63,790 bases of DNA from Cryomorphaceae bacterium ASP10-05a (GCA_000981645.1 LAQC01000008.1:1-63790), one strand, 5' to 3'. Counted from the stretch's first letter, positions 38,446-47,029 are shown. The notes: generated by a model not told the origin, from the sequence alone. Numbers and translations are program-made.

Positions 38446-38901
38446 ATGAATCAAATTAAAATCACCTTTCTATCTTTAATTGTTTGCTTCGCAATTTCAG
38501 ATTTGGCAGCACAAGATACTAAACCATCTTCTAGTAAAGAGACCAAAGTCAATCCTATAGATGTAGCCAATCAAAAAGCGAAAAGTAATAGTGCAGAGAT
38601 GACTGCTGCTCTTAAAATAAGTGATGAAAAGAGGATCTTTAATATAATGAATGTTATTAAGGAGTATGAAGTAGCTTTATCTAAAGCTGTGGCTAGTGAT
38701 AAAACGGCAGAACATAAAGCTAAAGCTAAAGAGCTTTTAGAAAGGGATAGAGATAAAAGATTAAGTGTGCTTTTAGATCAATCTGAATTAAAGCTTTACA
38801 CTAAATGGAAAGAGAGTAAGGAAGAAGCTGAAGAAGCAGTGTTAGAAAATGAACCTAAAAAGTTAATGGAGAAAGGATCAAAAGCTGCAGTAAAGAAATA
38901 A
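38446..38901 (+). CDS. Secreted Lys/Glu-rich helical protein of unknown function
   Basis: The 151-aa product has a signal peptide (LIVCFAISDLAAQ). It is followed by an imperfect hairpin and a T-run at about 38925-38958. Confidence 0.6.
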   Translation: MNQIKITFLSLIVCFAISDLAAQDTKPSSSKETKVNPIDVANQKAKSNSAEMTAALKISDEKRIFNIMNVIKEYEVALSKAVASDKTAEHKAKAKELLERDRDKRLSVLLDQSELKLYTKWKESKEEAEEAVLENEPKKLMEKGSKAAVKK

Positions 38902-38953
38902 TCATTATCTCATATAAAATAGTTAAGCCCTTTTCAGTTTTGAATGGGGCTTT

Positions 38954-40666
38954 TTATTTGAGATCCAAATCAAACATCTCTTTAAGTTTCCCCAGCTGAG
39001 GGTTTTGTTCGGTCATCTTTTTCAAGATTTCTACTTCAGAAAGAAACTTTCGTTCAGGAGCAGCTCCGCTTGAATCAGTCACACCTTCAGACCTTAAGCT
39101 AAGATGAGTTACAGCAAGTTTTCCTTTTAAAAAGACAGTTAAATCTTGTCTTACGTCATTAAAGTAGCTTTCATCGGTTTCGCTTCTTACAGGAAAGATA
39201 ATCTCATTTTTCTCATTTATTTTAGGCTCGGTATGGCTTAAAACCGCGAAAAGATTTTTCTTGCCTGATTTACCTAAAAAAGAAGTGAATTCTTTCCAGC
39301 CTGCATTTACCTCGTTTAGCTCCAGTTTATCAAGCAATACGTCATCTTTTCGATCATTGACTTCAGCTATTCTAGCGGCTTCTGTGATTTTCGCTTGGTG
39401 CTCGTCTTCTAGCTTTTTTATTTCACCGTTGAGCGATATTCCATGAGTAGCATGGACGTAATTATTATTTTCTTTATTGGAGAGAGGCGCAGATGCAGTT
39501 AGAGCCATAGCTGTTTTTTCCTTTCTCTGAGGTGAGCTAATTTTCTTGGGAGGTTCAGGAATCTCTATACCTATAGGAATTAAACTAATTGAGTTTTTTT
39601 TTTCAGCCTCATTATATTTGAGACTGCACAACTGCATTAAAGTGAGCTCCACTAGGAGCCGTTGGTTTTTGCTAGTTCGATAGCCTACATCACAATTGTT
39701 GATTACGCCTAGCCCTTGTATTATTAGGTTTTGGTCAATTTCTAGGCACTGCTCAGCGTATTTTTTCTTAATGGAGTCTGTCACCTCTAACAAGCTCACG
39801 GTAACTTCGTCTTTACTTACCAGCAGATTCCTGAAGTGCTCCGCTAGTCCGTTAATAAAAATATGACCGTCAAATCCATTTTTAAGTATATCGTTAAAAA
39901 TTACTAGAGAAGAACTTATATCCTCTTTGAGAATATAGTCCGCAGCTCTAAAATAATAATCATAATCCAATACATTGAGATTCTCAATGACTGATTTATA
40001 ACTTAAGTTCCCATCAGAGAACGATACCATTTGGTCGAATATAGAAAGAGCATCCCTCAGAGCTCCGTCTGCTTTTTGACCTATAATGTGAAGGCCTTCT
40101 TCTTCGAATTTTATGTCTTCTTTTTCTGCTATTTGAACTAAATGTTTCACTATAGCAGGAACACTAATTCGATGGAAGTCGAAAATTTGACATCTACTTA
40201 AAATAGTAGGCAGTATTTTATGCTTTTCTGTGGTAGCTAAAATGAAAATGGCATGAGCAGGTGGTTCCTCTAGTGTTTTTAGAAAAGCATTAAAAGCATT
40301 CGCTGATAACATGTGAACCTCATCGATGACATACACATTATAGCTTCCTATTTGTGGCGGTATTCTAACTTGAGCAGTTAATTCTCTTATGTCGTCTACA
40401 GAATTGTTAGAAGCAGCATCCAATTCGAAAATATTGAATGAAAGGTCTTCAGGTTTTATTCCGTCAGCCTCATTTATTTTATGAGCAAATATTCTAGCAC
40501 AAGTCGTTTTACCAACCCCTCTTGGGCCACAGAAAAGATAAGCTTGACCAAGTTTATGAGAAGCTATAGAGTTCTTCAGGGTAGATGTTATACTATCCTG
40601 TCCTATTACCTTCTCCCAGGAGTCTGGTCTATATTTTCTAGCTGAAACTACGAAGTCACTTGACAT
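38954..40666 (-). CDS. dnaX: DNA polymerase III subunit tau/gamma
   Basis: The 570-aa product has Walker A GPRGVGKTT, Walker B/DEAD-like IDEVHML, sensor SRCQIF and a less conserved C-terminal tau region. Confidence 0.95.
   Translation of the reverse strand: MSSDFVVSARKYRPDSWEKVIGQDSITSTLKNSIASHKLGQAYLFCGPRGVGKTTCARIFAHKINEADGIKPEDLSFNIFELDAASNNSVDDIRELTAQVRIPPQIGSYNVYVIDEVHMLSANAFNAFLKTLEEPPAHAIFILATTEKHKILPTILSRCQIFDFHRISVPAIVKHLVQIAEKEDIKFEEEGLHIIGQKADGALRDALSIFDQMVSFSDGNLSYKSVIENLNVLDYDYYFRAADYILKEDISSSLVIFNDILKNGFDGHIFINGLAEHFRNLLVSKDEVTVSLLEVTDSIKKKYAEQCLEIDQNLIIQGLGVINNCDVGYRTSKNQRLLVELTLMQLCSLKYNEAEKKNSISLIPIGIEIPEPPKKISSPQRKEKTAMALTASAPLSNKENNNYVHATHGISLNGEIKKLEDEHQAKITEAARIAEVNDRKDDVLLDKLELNEVNAGWKEFTSFLGKSGKKNLFAVLSHTEPKINEKNEIIFPVRSETDESYFNDVRQDLTVFLKGKLAVTHLSLRSEGVTDSSGAAPERKFLSEVEILKKMTEQNPQLGKLKEMFDLDLK
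39594..39603 (-). other. dnaX: A10 homopolymer (T10 on the + strand) inside dnaX at codons 355-358; candidate slippage site
   Basis: The minus strand reads GCT GAA AAA AAA AAC TCA ATT AGT TTA A. The -1 frame reaches TAG at 39585-39587 and the +1 frame reaches TAA at 39580-39582. Confidence 0.6.
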
Positions 40667-40760
40667 GGTCCAAATATCGTTAATTCCTTAGAAATCGAAG
40701 TGAATTTAGCCGCCTTTTTGTTCACACAAAATGCACAAAGGAAATTTAATTTTTTAGCAT

Positions 40761-40792
40761 AAAAAAAAGCCCTGAATAAATAAATATTCAGG
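40761..40792 (-). terminator. Rho-independent terminator of the Cys-rich small protein gene
   Basis: An 8-bp stem pairs cctgaata (40771-40778) with tattcagg (40785-40792). On the minus strand a T8 run follows (A8 at 40761-40768 on +). Confidence 0.7.
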
Positions 40793-40820
40793 ACTTTAAG
40801 TTTCTATTAGAAATAATAAA

Positions 40821-41129
40821 TTAAATCTCAGATTTTTTCTTTTTCTCTTCTGCGGCCTTAGACTTGCTGCATGATTTAGAACAAGACTTAGAACAGGCAG
40901 TTTTTTTAGCTGAAGAATCTGCTCCACCTGAAGCAGTTGTTTTAGAGCTTGAAGCATTGATTTTTGCCGTTTTTACTTTGTCTGCTTTTACATTGTCTGC
41001 TTTGTCACAAGACTTTGCACACTTTTTAGAACATTCGGTTTTAGCTTTAGTCTCTGTAGTAGTAGACTGAGCGTTAGAGTAGCTGATTCCAAATGTGAAA
41101 AGAGCCGCTAGTAAAAATATTTTTTTCAT
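40821..41129 (-). CDS. Small secreted Lys/Ser/Cys-rich protein with two CxxxCxxxC triads
   Basis: The 102-aa product has a signal peptide ending SNA/QS. The mature part contains CSKKCAKSC and CSKSCSKSC, separated by about 45 low-complexity residues, and ends in a KKKK tail. The gene has its own terminator. Confidence 0.65.
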   Translation of the reverse strand: MKKIFLLAALFTFGISYSNAQSTTTETKAKTECSKKCAKSCDKADNVKADKVKTAKINASSSKTTASGGADSSAKKTACSKSCSKSCSKSKAAEEKKKKSEI

Positions 41130-41241
41130 CTTTTAATTTCTTTTATTGTTAGAGAATACTAATATACGAATTAACGAAGAAGTTGTTTTCAAATTATGTG
41201 CCAAGATGATTAAGTTATGTTAATATCCTTAATTTTAGCCT

Positions 41242-41955
41242 ATGAATAAAATAAGTCTAGCTCTTGTGTTTTTAATTTCATTAAGTATGTTCTCTTGCGA
41301 AAAGGCCATTAAGGGAACAGGAGGTATCGTTGATGAAACGAGGAGTTTGGAGCCTTTTAATGAATTAGAATTAAATGGGATGATCAATGCGAGCTTTAAG
41401 CAAGTTAAATCTACAGCCCTCGATAAAGTGGTCGTTTCTGCCCAAGAAAATCTATTGCCATATATAAAGACGACAGTAGACAATGGGCTTTTAATTATAA
41501 ATATTGAAAGAACGATTCGCACAGACAAAGATGTTTTAGTAGAAATTTACGGACATCCTTTTCGTTCTTTAGTGTGTAACGGTTCTGGTGATGTGAGATC
41601 TGATGAAAGAATAATGCTTCAAAAACTGTATCTAGAAAGTAATGGTTCTGGAGATGTTTCTCTTGACTTAGAGGCTAAAAGCATAGAAGTTGAACTTAAC
41701 GGAAGCGGAGACGTTTCTTTTTCTGGATCTACAGATTATCTAGAATTAGTCAGTAATAGTTCTGGGGATTTAAATACAATTGAAATGAGAAGTTTTGAAG
41801 TGGACGTTCTTTCAAATGGTTCTGGAGATGTTTCTGCATATGCGAAAGAATCATTTGATGTGGAGATAAATGGTTCTGGCGATGTTTATCATATGGGAAA
41901 AGCTGAACTCACCAAATCCCTCAATGGGACAGGGTTACTCAAAACGAAAAAGTAA
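41242..41955 (+). CDS. DUF2807 / head-GIN-domain-like lipoprotein (beta-helical repeat protein)
   Basis: The 237-aa product has a lipobox-like SLSMFSC. The NGSGDV motif recurs about every 20-25 aa: CNGSGDV, SNGSGDV, LNGSGDV, SNSSGDL, SNGSGDV, INGSGDV, LNGTGLL. Confidence 0.75.
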   Translation: MNKISLALVFLISLSMFSCEKAIKGTGGIVDETRSLEPFNELELNGMINASFKQVKSTALDKVVVSAQENLLPYIKTTVDNGLLIINIERTIRTDKDVLVEIYGHPFRSLVCNGSGDVRSDERIMLQKLYLESNGSGDVSLDLEAKSIEVELNGSGDVSFSGSTDYLELVSNSSGDLNTIEMRSFEVDVLSNGSGDVSAYAKESFDVEINGSGDVYHMGKAELTKSLNGTGLLKTKK

Positions 41956-41961
41956 TAGTTT

Positions 41962-42726
41962 ATGCCAGAAAACTTTTCTTCAAAAAAAACTTCTACTGTA
42001 TTAGAAGCTATAGTTCTGGCTCTTACTATTCATGCTATTGTTCTAATTGTACTGTTTTTTGCAGATGAAGGGATGTTCACTTTTTCTGAAAAACAGACAG
42101 CTTCTAAAGATATAAAGGTCGAGTTTATAGAGCTCACAGAAGAACTCTTGGCACTTTCTGCTCCTGAAGAAAGAGATATTTCGGAGTTGCTAGATAAGTA
42201 TAAGAATGTAACAGCTAAAGAGGGTACTGCTACTTCAGACGAAGTGAAGAGCTACCGGTTCGATAAAAACCAAACTGATGAAGAGGTGTTAAAAGAACTC
42301 TTAGCATTTGAGCAAAACGAGTTTGATAAATTGAAGAAGGAGGATAATTCGTTAGAATCTTCTGATCCAACAGACGATTCTTCTGGAGATAGTAAATCAG
42401 TAGACGACTCTAAAAATGCTTCTAGCTCTAATTCAGATACGAGTTATTCGAAAGCTACAGCTAAATTTGACTTCTCGAGAGATCCAGAGAATAGAAAAGC
42501 ACCGACTTACATGTGTCTTCTCTTTGGTCAAATAGTGGTAGAGATAGAAGTAGATAGAAATGGATATGTAACCTCTGCTAAAGGATTAAGCGGAGATTTA
42601 GACAAAGATTGTCTATTGTCTCAGTCTGAAATCTATGCTAGAAAATGGAAGTTTAAGTCAAGCTCAGTGGCTCCCAAATCTGAAAAAGGGACGATTACGT
42701 TTACCTTTTTACCACAAAAAAAGTAG
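41962..42726 (+). CDS. Membrane-anchored protein with a TonB-C-terminal-like domain
   Basis: The 254-aa product has one N-terminal TM (VLEAIVLALTIHAIVLIVLFF) and an acidic/Ser-rich linker. The C-terminal ~80 aa (GQIVVEIEVDRNGYVTSAKGL...ARKWKFKSS...GTITFTF) fit the TonB_C pattern. Confidence 0.5.
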   Translation: MPENFSSKKTSTVLEAIVLALTIHAIVLIVLFFADEGMFTFSEKQTASKDIKVEFIELTEELLALSAPEERDISELLDKYKNVTAKEGTATSDEVKSYRFDKNQTDEEVLKELLAFEQNEFDKLKKEDNSLESSDPTDDSSGDSKSVDDSKNASSSNSDTSYSKATAKFDFSRDPENRKAPTYMCLLFGQIVVEIEVDRNGYVTSAKGLSGDLDKDCLLSQSEIYARKWKFKSSSVAPKSEKGTITFTFLPQKK

Positions 42727-42731
42727 TTTTT

Positions 42732-43943
42732 TTATACTTTTCCGTCGACGTAATCTTGCAGATAGCTAAATTTCTCTGATAGATTTCCTTCTAATGTAGT
42801 CTCCGAAGCTCTCTCTATGACAGCATGTGGATCATCTCCGATTAGACAAGGAAGTATTTCATCTATCATCACTCTCCCAAAATCTTTACTGGCATCCTTA
42901 GGAAGTTCACAAGGTAGATTATCTACCGCCATAACAGCTATAGCCCCTGGGTCATGAAGGTCACACTCCAGCTCATTTAATCTATGGTATCCATACATCG
43001 GGTTAGCTATAGTAGAAGGCCTGATAGTGCTCGCCACAGGGCCATCTATATCACAGCTGATGTCTGCTACTACAGAAATAGTCCACTCAGGACTCTTCAT
43101 GTCCCTTCTAGTGAAAATAAAAGGAGCTCCTTCTCCCCAATAATGACATGCGATATAAAGATTAGCTACTGATGCATAAGCGGGAAAAGTACTCTTGTAC
43201 AGCTCAGGGTTAGCGTAAAGCTCTCTTTTTTCAAACCCTTCATCGCTTATTCTAGCATTATAATCGTCTGTGTTTAGATGAGTAAACACCGGCTCATCGA
43301 ATTCTTTCGATAAGAAATCTTCTTTAGTGACCTCTTTAATAGGTAAAAGACTCATGATCTCTCTGGCGCCATGTCCCACTCTTCCAAATCCTGTTAACAC
43401 GCATTTGAAGTTAGAAGGAAGAACCACATCCTTCAGGTAACCTTCCATTTCGGCCCTGTCTTCACATTCATGGGCGGGTTTAATCTGATAACTATTGTTT
43501 TTAATTCCTAAAGTTCTAAATCCATTGTAACACCCAACTATCCCCGCATATCTCCCGAATCCAATAAGACGTTTATTGTTTACATCCTTCAATACTTCGT
43601 AATCAATGAGTCTAATTTGCTTGTTTAGAATCTCGCGCAGCAATGGTGCATTGTAAGGTTGAAGCTTGAACGTATGGCTAAAGAAAAAGTAAGTTTTATT
43701 CGGAATAAGCATTTCCACAGGAACTTCTTTAACTCCCATAAGCACATCACAGTCCGATAAATCTTCTTGAAGGTCGATTCCATGAGCGGTATATTCTGAG
43801 TCTAAGAATTTACGAATAGGGCTTGGCTGAACTACTAATTCCACATTAGGATATTTCGTTTTTACTTCTGCACACTGTTCAGGGCTTAGTGGAACTCTCT
43901 TGTCTGGTGGTGTTTTCCCCTCTCTAATGATACCTATTTTCAT
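42732..43943 (-). CDS. AlaDH/PNT-family dehydrogenase (saccharopine/lysine-ketoglutarate reductase-like)
   Basis: The 403-aa product has the N-terminus MKIGIIREGKTPPDKRVPLSP and a Rossmann segment VLTGFGRVGHGA. Confidence 0.65.
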   Translation of the reverse strand: MKIGIIREGKTPPDKRVPLSPEQCAEVKTKYPNVELVVQPSPIRKFLDSEYTAHGIDLQEDLSDCDVLMGVKEVPVEMLIPNKTYFFFSHTFKLQPYNAPLLREILNKQIRLIDYEVLKDVNNKRLIGFGRYAGIVGCYNGFRTLGIKNNSYQIKPAHECEDRAEMEGYLKDVVLPSNFKCVLTGFGRVGHGAREIMSLLPIKEVTKEDFLSKEFDEPVFTHLNTDDYNARISDEGFEKRELYANPELYKSTFPAYASVANLYIACHYWGEGAPFIFTRRDMKSPEWTISVVADISCDIDGPVASTIRPSTIANPMYGYHRLNELECDLHDPGAIAVMAVDNLPCELPKDASKDFGRVMIDEILPCLIGDDPHAVIERASETTLEGNLSEKFSYLQDYVDGKV

Positions 43944-44029
43944 GGAACGATGTAATTAGTAAACGACTTATTTATTGCACCGCGAAAATAAGAAGTACTC
44001 CTTATAAAGTAGCATAAGTAGAAAGGTAC

Positions 44030-44037
44030 TATTTTTG
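44030..44037 (+). promoter_or_regulatory. Candidate -7 box (TATTTTTG) for ssrA
   Basis: The box matches TAnnTTTG, 42 nt upstream of the mature tmRNA 5' end. This is consistent with a processed precursor. Confidence 0.45.
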
Positions 44038-44079
44038 TAAGCCCATTTACGATTAATGTTAATGGAGTTCTTTACATCT

Positions 44080-44472
44080 GGGGCCGATTTGGTTTTGACA
44101 ATACGGCCGATTTTTTAGTAAGCATGTCGAGTGTGGAATGTATACTCGTTAATAAATGTGTTCAAACTTTTAAGTGGAAACACTTCTTACGCTCTCGCGG
44201 CTTAATCTAACTTAGTTAGATTACCTAATTCCAGCTACTAGGTAGCGGAACGAGATGCCTCGCTGCTGGTTTCGTCTTTTTGCGGCAGACTTGAGGTATC
44301 GTACAAATTGACTAGCTAGTGCTGTGTCTAGGTGCACTAGCGAAATTTAATAGACTAAGCCATAATTTTGCAGTTCTTAGTGTGATTATGGTCGAAAACC
44401 AAATAAGAACTACACATGTAGAAAGCTAACGAATCCCATATCTGGACGAGGGTTCGAGTCCCTCCGGCTCCA
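44080..44472 (+). ncRNA. ssrA: tmRNA (transfer-messenger RNA)
   Basis: The 5' GGGGCCG (44080-44086) pairs with CGGCTCC (44465-44471), including the G3-U70 alanine identity pair. A T-arm GGTTCGAGTCC is present. The tag reading frame at 44176-44205 (GGA AAC ACT TCT TAC GCT CTC GCG GCT TAA) encodes GNTSYALAA. CCA is not genome-encoded. Confidence 0.93.
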
Positions 44473-44478
44473 CATTAA

Positions 44479-44512
44479 CCCTCTATGGTCTTTGACTGTA
44501 GAGGGTTTTTTT
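44479..44512 (+). terminator. Rho-independent terminator of ssrA
   Basis: A stem pairs ccctcta (44479-44485) with tagaggg (44499-44505). A T7 run follows (44506-44512). Confidence 0.8.
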
Positions 44513-44718
44513 ATTTAACCCTTAAAAATATACTCGCCTTTTTCAGTTCTCATCTCTTGAGTATTTCGGCAATTATAAATTAATTCAAGTGCTTCACTGC
44601 CAAATAAGTTATCTGATTTTTGAGCTTTGTAAATGTGTTGTCTGAGTGTTTCGTTTAGAAAGTTGAGGCCTGCTTTGCATAATAACCTTTCAGAATCTTT
44701 TTTTTTGCTAAATAGAGC

Positions 44719-45741
44719 TTAATTGAAATATTGATAAAGGAAAGATTCCATTAATTTAGGGATGAATGCACTAAAAATGAGACCACCGGCTAATGTGACC
44801 TTTAGCCAAAAGCTAGCCCTTGTGAAATCGGCTTTTTTTATGTCAGATTTCCTTAAACTCCAGATGGAGAATAAAAAAGGAACAGCCACTATGATTCCGA
44901 ATAAACTACCCCAAATAGCGATGTGATCAGTAGTTATGTAGTGAGTGATTTTTAATAATACGAGAAACCATAAAGTCATAGTAACTAACAGTACTCTCCT
45001 TGTCCTATTCCATCCCCAGAGGATAGGTAGTGTTTTATAGCCGAACTCTTTATCTCCTTTTACATCCTCAGCATCCTTTACTATTTCTCTGAATAGAGAA
45101 ATCATATAGGCCTGAATGGTATATGCCAAAACGATTAAGGCAAAGAAGATATAAAAATCTGATATCGGAAATGAATTTTCATCTATGTCTACAGAGTAAA
45201 TCATAGGTCTAGTGAAAGTGTTGTAGGTAGCCCAAATAGGAACAATACTGACAATTAACGCCACGAGCACATTACCAAGCAAAAAAGTCTTCTTGAGGTA
45301 GAAAGAATAAAACCAAAGTGCACCAGCTATGAAAACAGGAGTAAAAGCATAAAACCAAACTTTCTCTGCCCAGCCTAAATAGATGCCTAAGCCTACCGCT
45401 ATTCCGTTCAAGGTATGGTGCGCTGCCATAGCTACGCGTCTTTTAAAACCTCTATCAATGGTTATTCGCTGAGGTTTATTAATCCGATCTACCTTCACAT
45501 CGAAGTAATCATTAATAATGTTTCCAGAAGCTGCTAGAAAGACCATAATCAAGGTTAGAAGTGAGAAATGGATTTCACCTATTTGATGAATTGTAAACTC
45601 TACCATGGGATATTCAGAAGGGCTAGAAATCAATCCAATAAAACCCCCTTCTACGAAGTAGCGCATAGTATACATGGTTACTGCTATAATCAACAGATTT
45701 ACCGGTCTAGTAGTCTTAATAAATGCCCAAATAGGATTCAT
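44719..45741 (-). CDS. UbiA-family prenyltransferase (archaeal DGGGP-synthase-like type common in Bacteroidota)
   Basis: The track ORF extends to 45861 and collides with the divergent aminotransferase gene. I prefer ATG 45741 (MNPIWAFIKTTRPVNLL...). The Asp-rich motif NDYFDVKVDRINKPQR is present, along with about 8-9 TM segments. Confidence 0.85.
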   Translation of the reverse strand: MNPIWAFIKTTRPVNLLIIAVTMYTMRYFVEGGFIGLISSPSEYPMVEFTIHQIGEIHFSLLTLIMVFLAASGNIINDYFDVKVDRINKPQRITIDRGFKRRVAMAAHHTLNGIAVGLGIYLGWAEKVWFYAFTPVFIAGALWFYSFYLKKTFLLGNVLVALIVSIVPIWATYNTFTRPMIYSVDIDENSFPISDFYIFFALIVLAYTIQAYMISLFREIVKDAEDVKGDKEFGYKTLPILWGWNRTRRVLLVTMTLWFLVLLKITHYITTDHIAIWGSLFGIIVAVPFLFSIWSLRKSDIKKADFTRASFWLKVTLAGGLIFSAFIPKLMESFLYQYFN

Positions 45742-45785
45742 GTGCGTGCGGATACTTTTTCGTTGGCTAAGATAACTCCCTAAGG

Positions 45786-45793
45786 TATATTTG
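45786..45793 (+). promoter_or_regulatory. Candidate -7 box (TATATTTG) for the aminotransferase gene
   Basis: The box matches TAnnTTTG, 21 nt upstream of the ATG at 45815. The ORF-track TTG start (45791) lies inside the box. Confidence 0.5.
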
Positions 45794-45814
45794 CACTCTT
45801 TAATCGAAATCAAT

Positions 45815-47014
45815 ATGCCAAACATTTCACAAAAGGGGCGCATCATGCCATCCTCTCCCATAAGAAAACTAGGCCCTTATGCTGAGAAAGCTAAGAGCGA
45901 AGGGAAAGTTGTATTTCATCTAAACATAGGGCAGCCAGATATAAAAACCCCCGCTGTAGCTCTAGAAAAGATTAAAAATCTAAAGATGGATGTGGTAGCT
46001 TATTCTGATAGTGCAGGTATTCTTTCATACAGAAAAGGATTAGTAGACTATTATGCATCTGTAGGAATTGATATCCATACTGAAAATGTAATGGTAACTA
46101 CGGGAGGCTCAGAAGCCCTTACTTTTAGTATGATGAGTTGTATGGATGCTGGGGATGAAATCATTATTCCGGAACCATTTTATGCCAATTATAATGGGTT
46201 TGGAGTATCAGCAGGAGTTAATGTAGTCCCTATTACTTCAAGCATAGATGATGGATTCGCACTTCCTCCTATCTCGGCATTCGAAGAAAAAATCACGGAT
46301 AAAACCAAAGCCATTCTTATCTGTAACCCTGGAAATCCTACAGGTTATATGTACTCTAAAGGTGAGCTAGAACAGTTAAGAGTATTGGTCTTAAAGCATG
46401 ATTTATTTCTAATAGCTGATGAGGTGTATAGAGAGTTCGCTTATGACGGATTAGAGCATTACTCAGTAATGAGCTTAGAGGGTCTTGAGAATAATGCCAT
46501 AATGATAGATTCTGTTTCCAAGCGTTACAGTATGTGTGGAGCTCGAATAGGAGCGGTGGTTACTAGAAATAAGGAACTTTATGGAGCTATCTTGAAATTT
46601 GCGCAAGCTAGACTTTCACCGCCTACCTATGGTCAGGTAGCTGGAGAGGCAGCACTATCTACTCCTCAGTCATACTTTGATGAGGTAAAAGAAGAATATG
46701 TAAATAGGAGAAATACGCTTGTGAATGGCCTAAACGAAATTCCAGGTGTAAAGTGTCCTCTGCCTAAAGGAGCTTTTTATTGCATCGCAGAACTTCCGGT
46801 AAAGAATACAGAACATTTCTGTCAATGGATGCTTGAAGAATTCTCCCATAATAACCAAACCATAATGATGGCTCCTGCGGCAGGGTTTTATAGCACTAAA
46901 GATTTAGGGTTGAATCAGGTGAGAATCGCTTATGTGTTGAATGAAGCTGATCTTACATCAGCATTAGAATGTCTTAAAGTAGGGCTTCATAAATATGCTG
47001 CTGTAACGGCTTAA
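45815..47014 (+). CDS. Class I/II (aspartate-type) aminotransferase
   Basis: The product is about 399 aa counted from ATG 45815 (MPNISQKGRIMPSSPIRKL...). The PLP-lysine region is SVSKRYSMCGARIG. Confidence 0.88.
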   Translation: MPNISQKGRIMPSSPIRKLGPYAEKAKSEGKVVFHLNIGQPDIKTPAVALEKIKNLKMDVVAYSDSAGILSYRKGLVDYYASVGIDIHTENVMVTTGGSEALTFSMMSCMDAGDEIIIPEPFYANYNGFGVSAGVNVVPITSSIDDGFALPPISAFEEKITDKTKAILICNPGNPTGYMYSKGELEQLRVLVLKHDLFLIADEVYREFAYDGLEHYSVMSLEGLENNAIMIDSVSKRYSMCGARIGAVVTRNKELYGAILKFAQARLSPPTYGQVAGEAALSTPQSYFDEVKEEYVNRRNTLVNGLNEIPGVKCPLPKGAFYCIAELPVKNTEHFCQWMLEEFSHNNQTIMMAPAAGFYSTKDLGLNQVRIAYVLNEADLTSALECLKVGLHKYAAVTA

Positions 47015-47029
47015 AAACAAAAAACGCCC

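Noticed and set aside
38925-38958. An imperfect hairpin plus T-run after the 151-aa secreted protein gene, as a terminator
   Set aside because: The stem is interrupted and the element overlaps the dnaX stop codon. It is plausible but too weak to list as a feature.
40821-41129. The Cys/Ser/Thr-rich small ORF as a lanthipeptide/RiPP precursor
   Set aside because: It carries a classical Sec signal peptide rather than a leader peptide. No modification enzymes, peptidase-transporter or immunity genes are nearby.
44080-45741. Possibility of a genomic island integrated at the 3' end of ssrA
   Set aside because: No integrase gene is present, and I spotted no duplicated copy of the tmRNA 3' end (...ggttcgagtccctccggctcca) downstream. 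The next genes are ordinary metabolic and envelope genes. Only the start-less open frame, reported separately, hints at past rearrangement.
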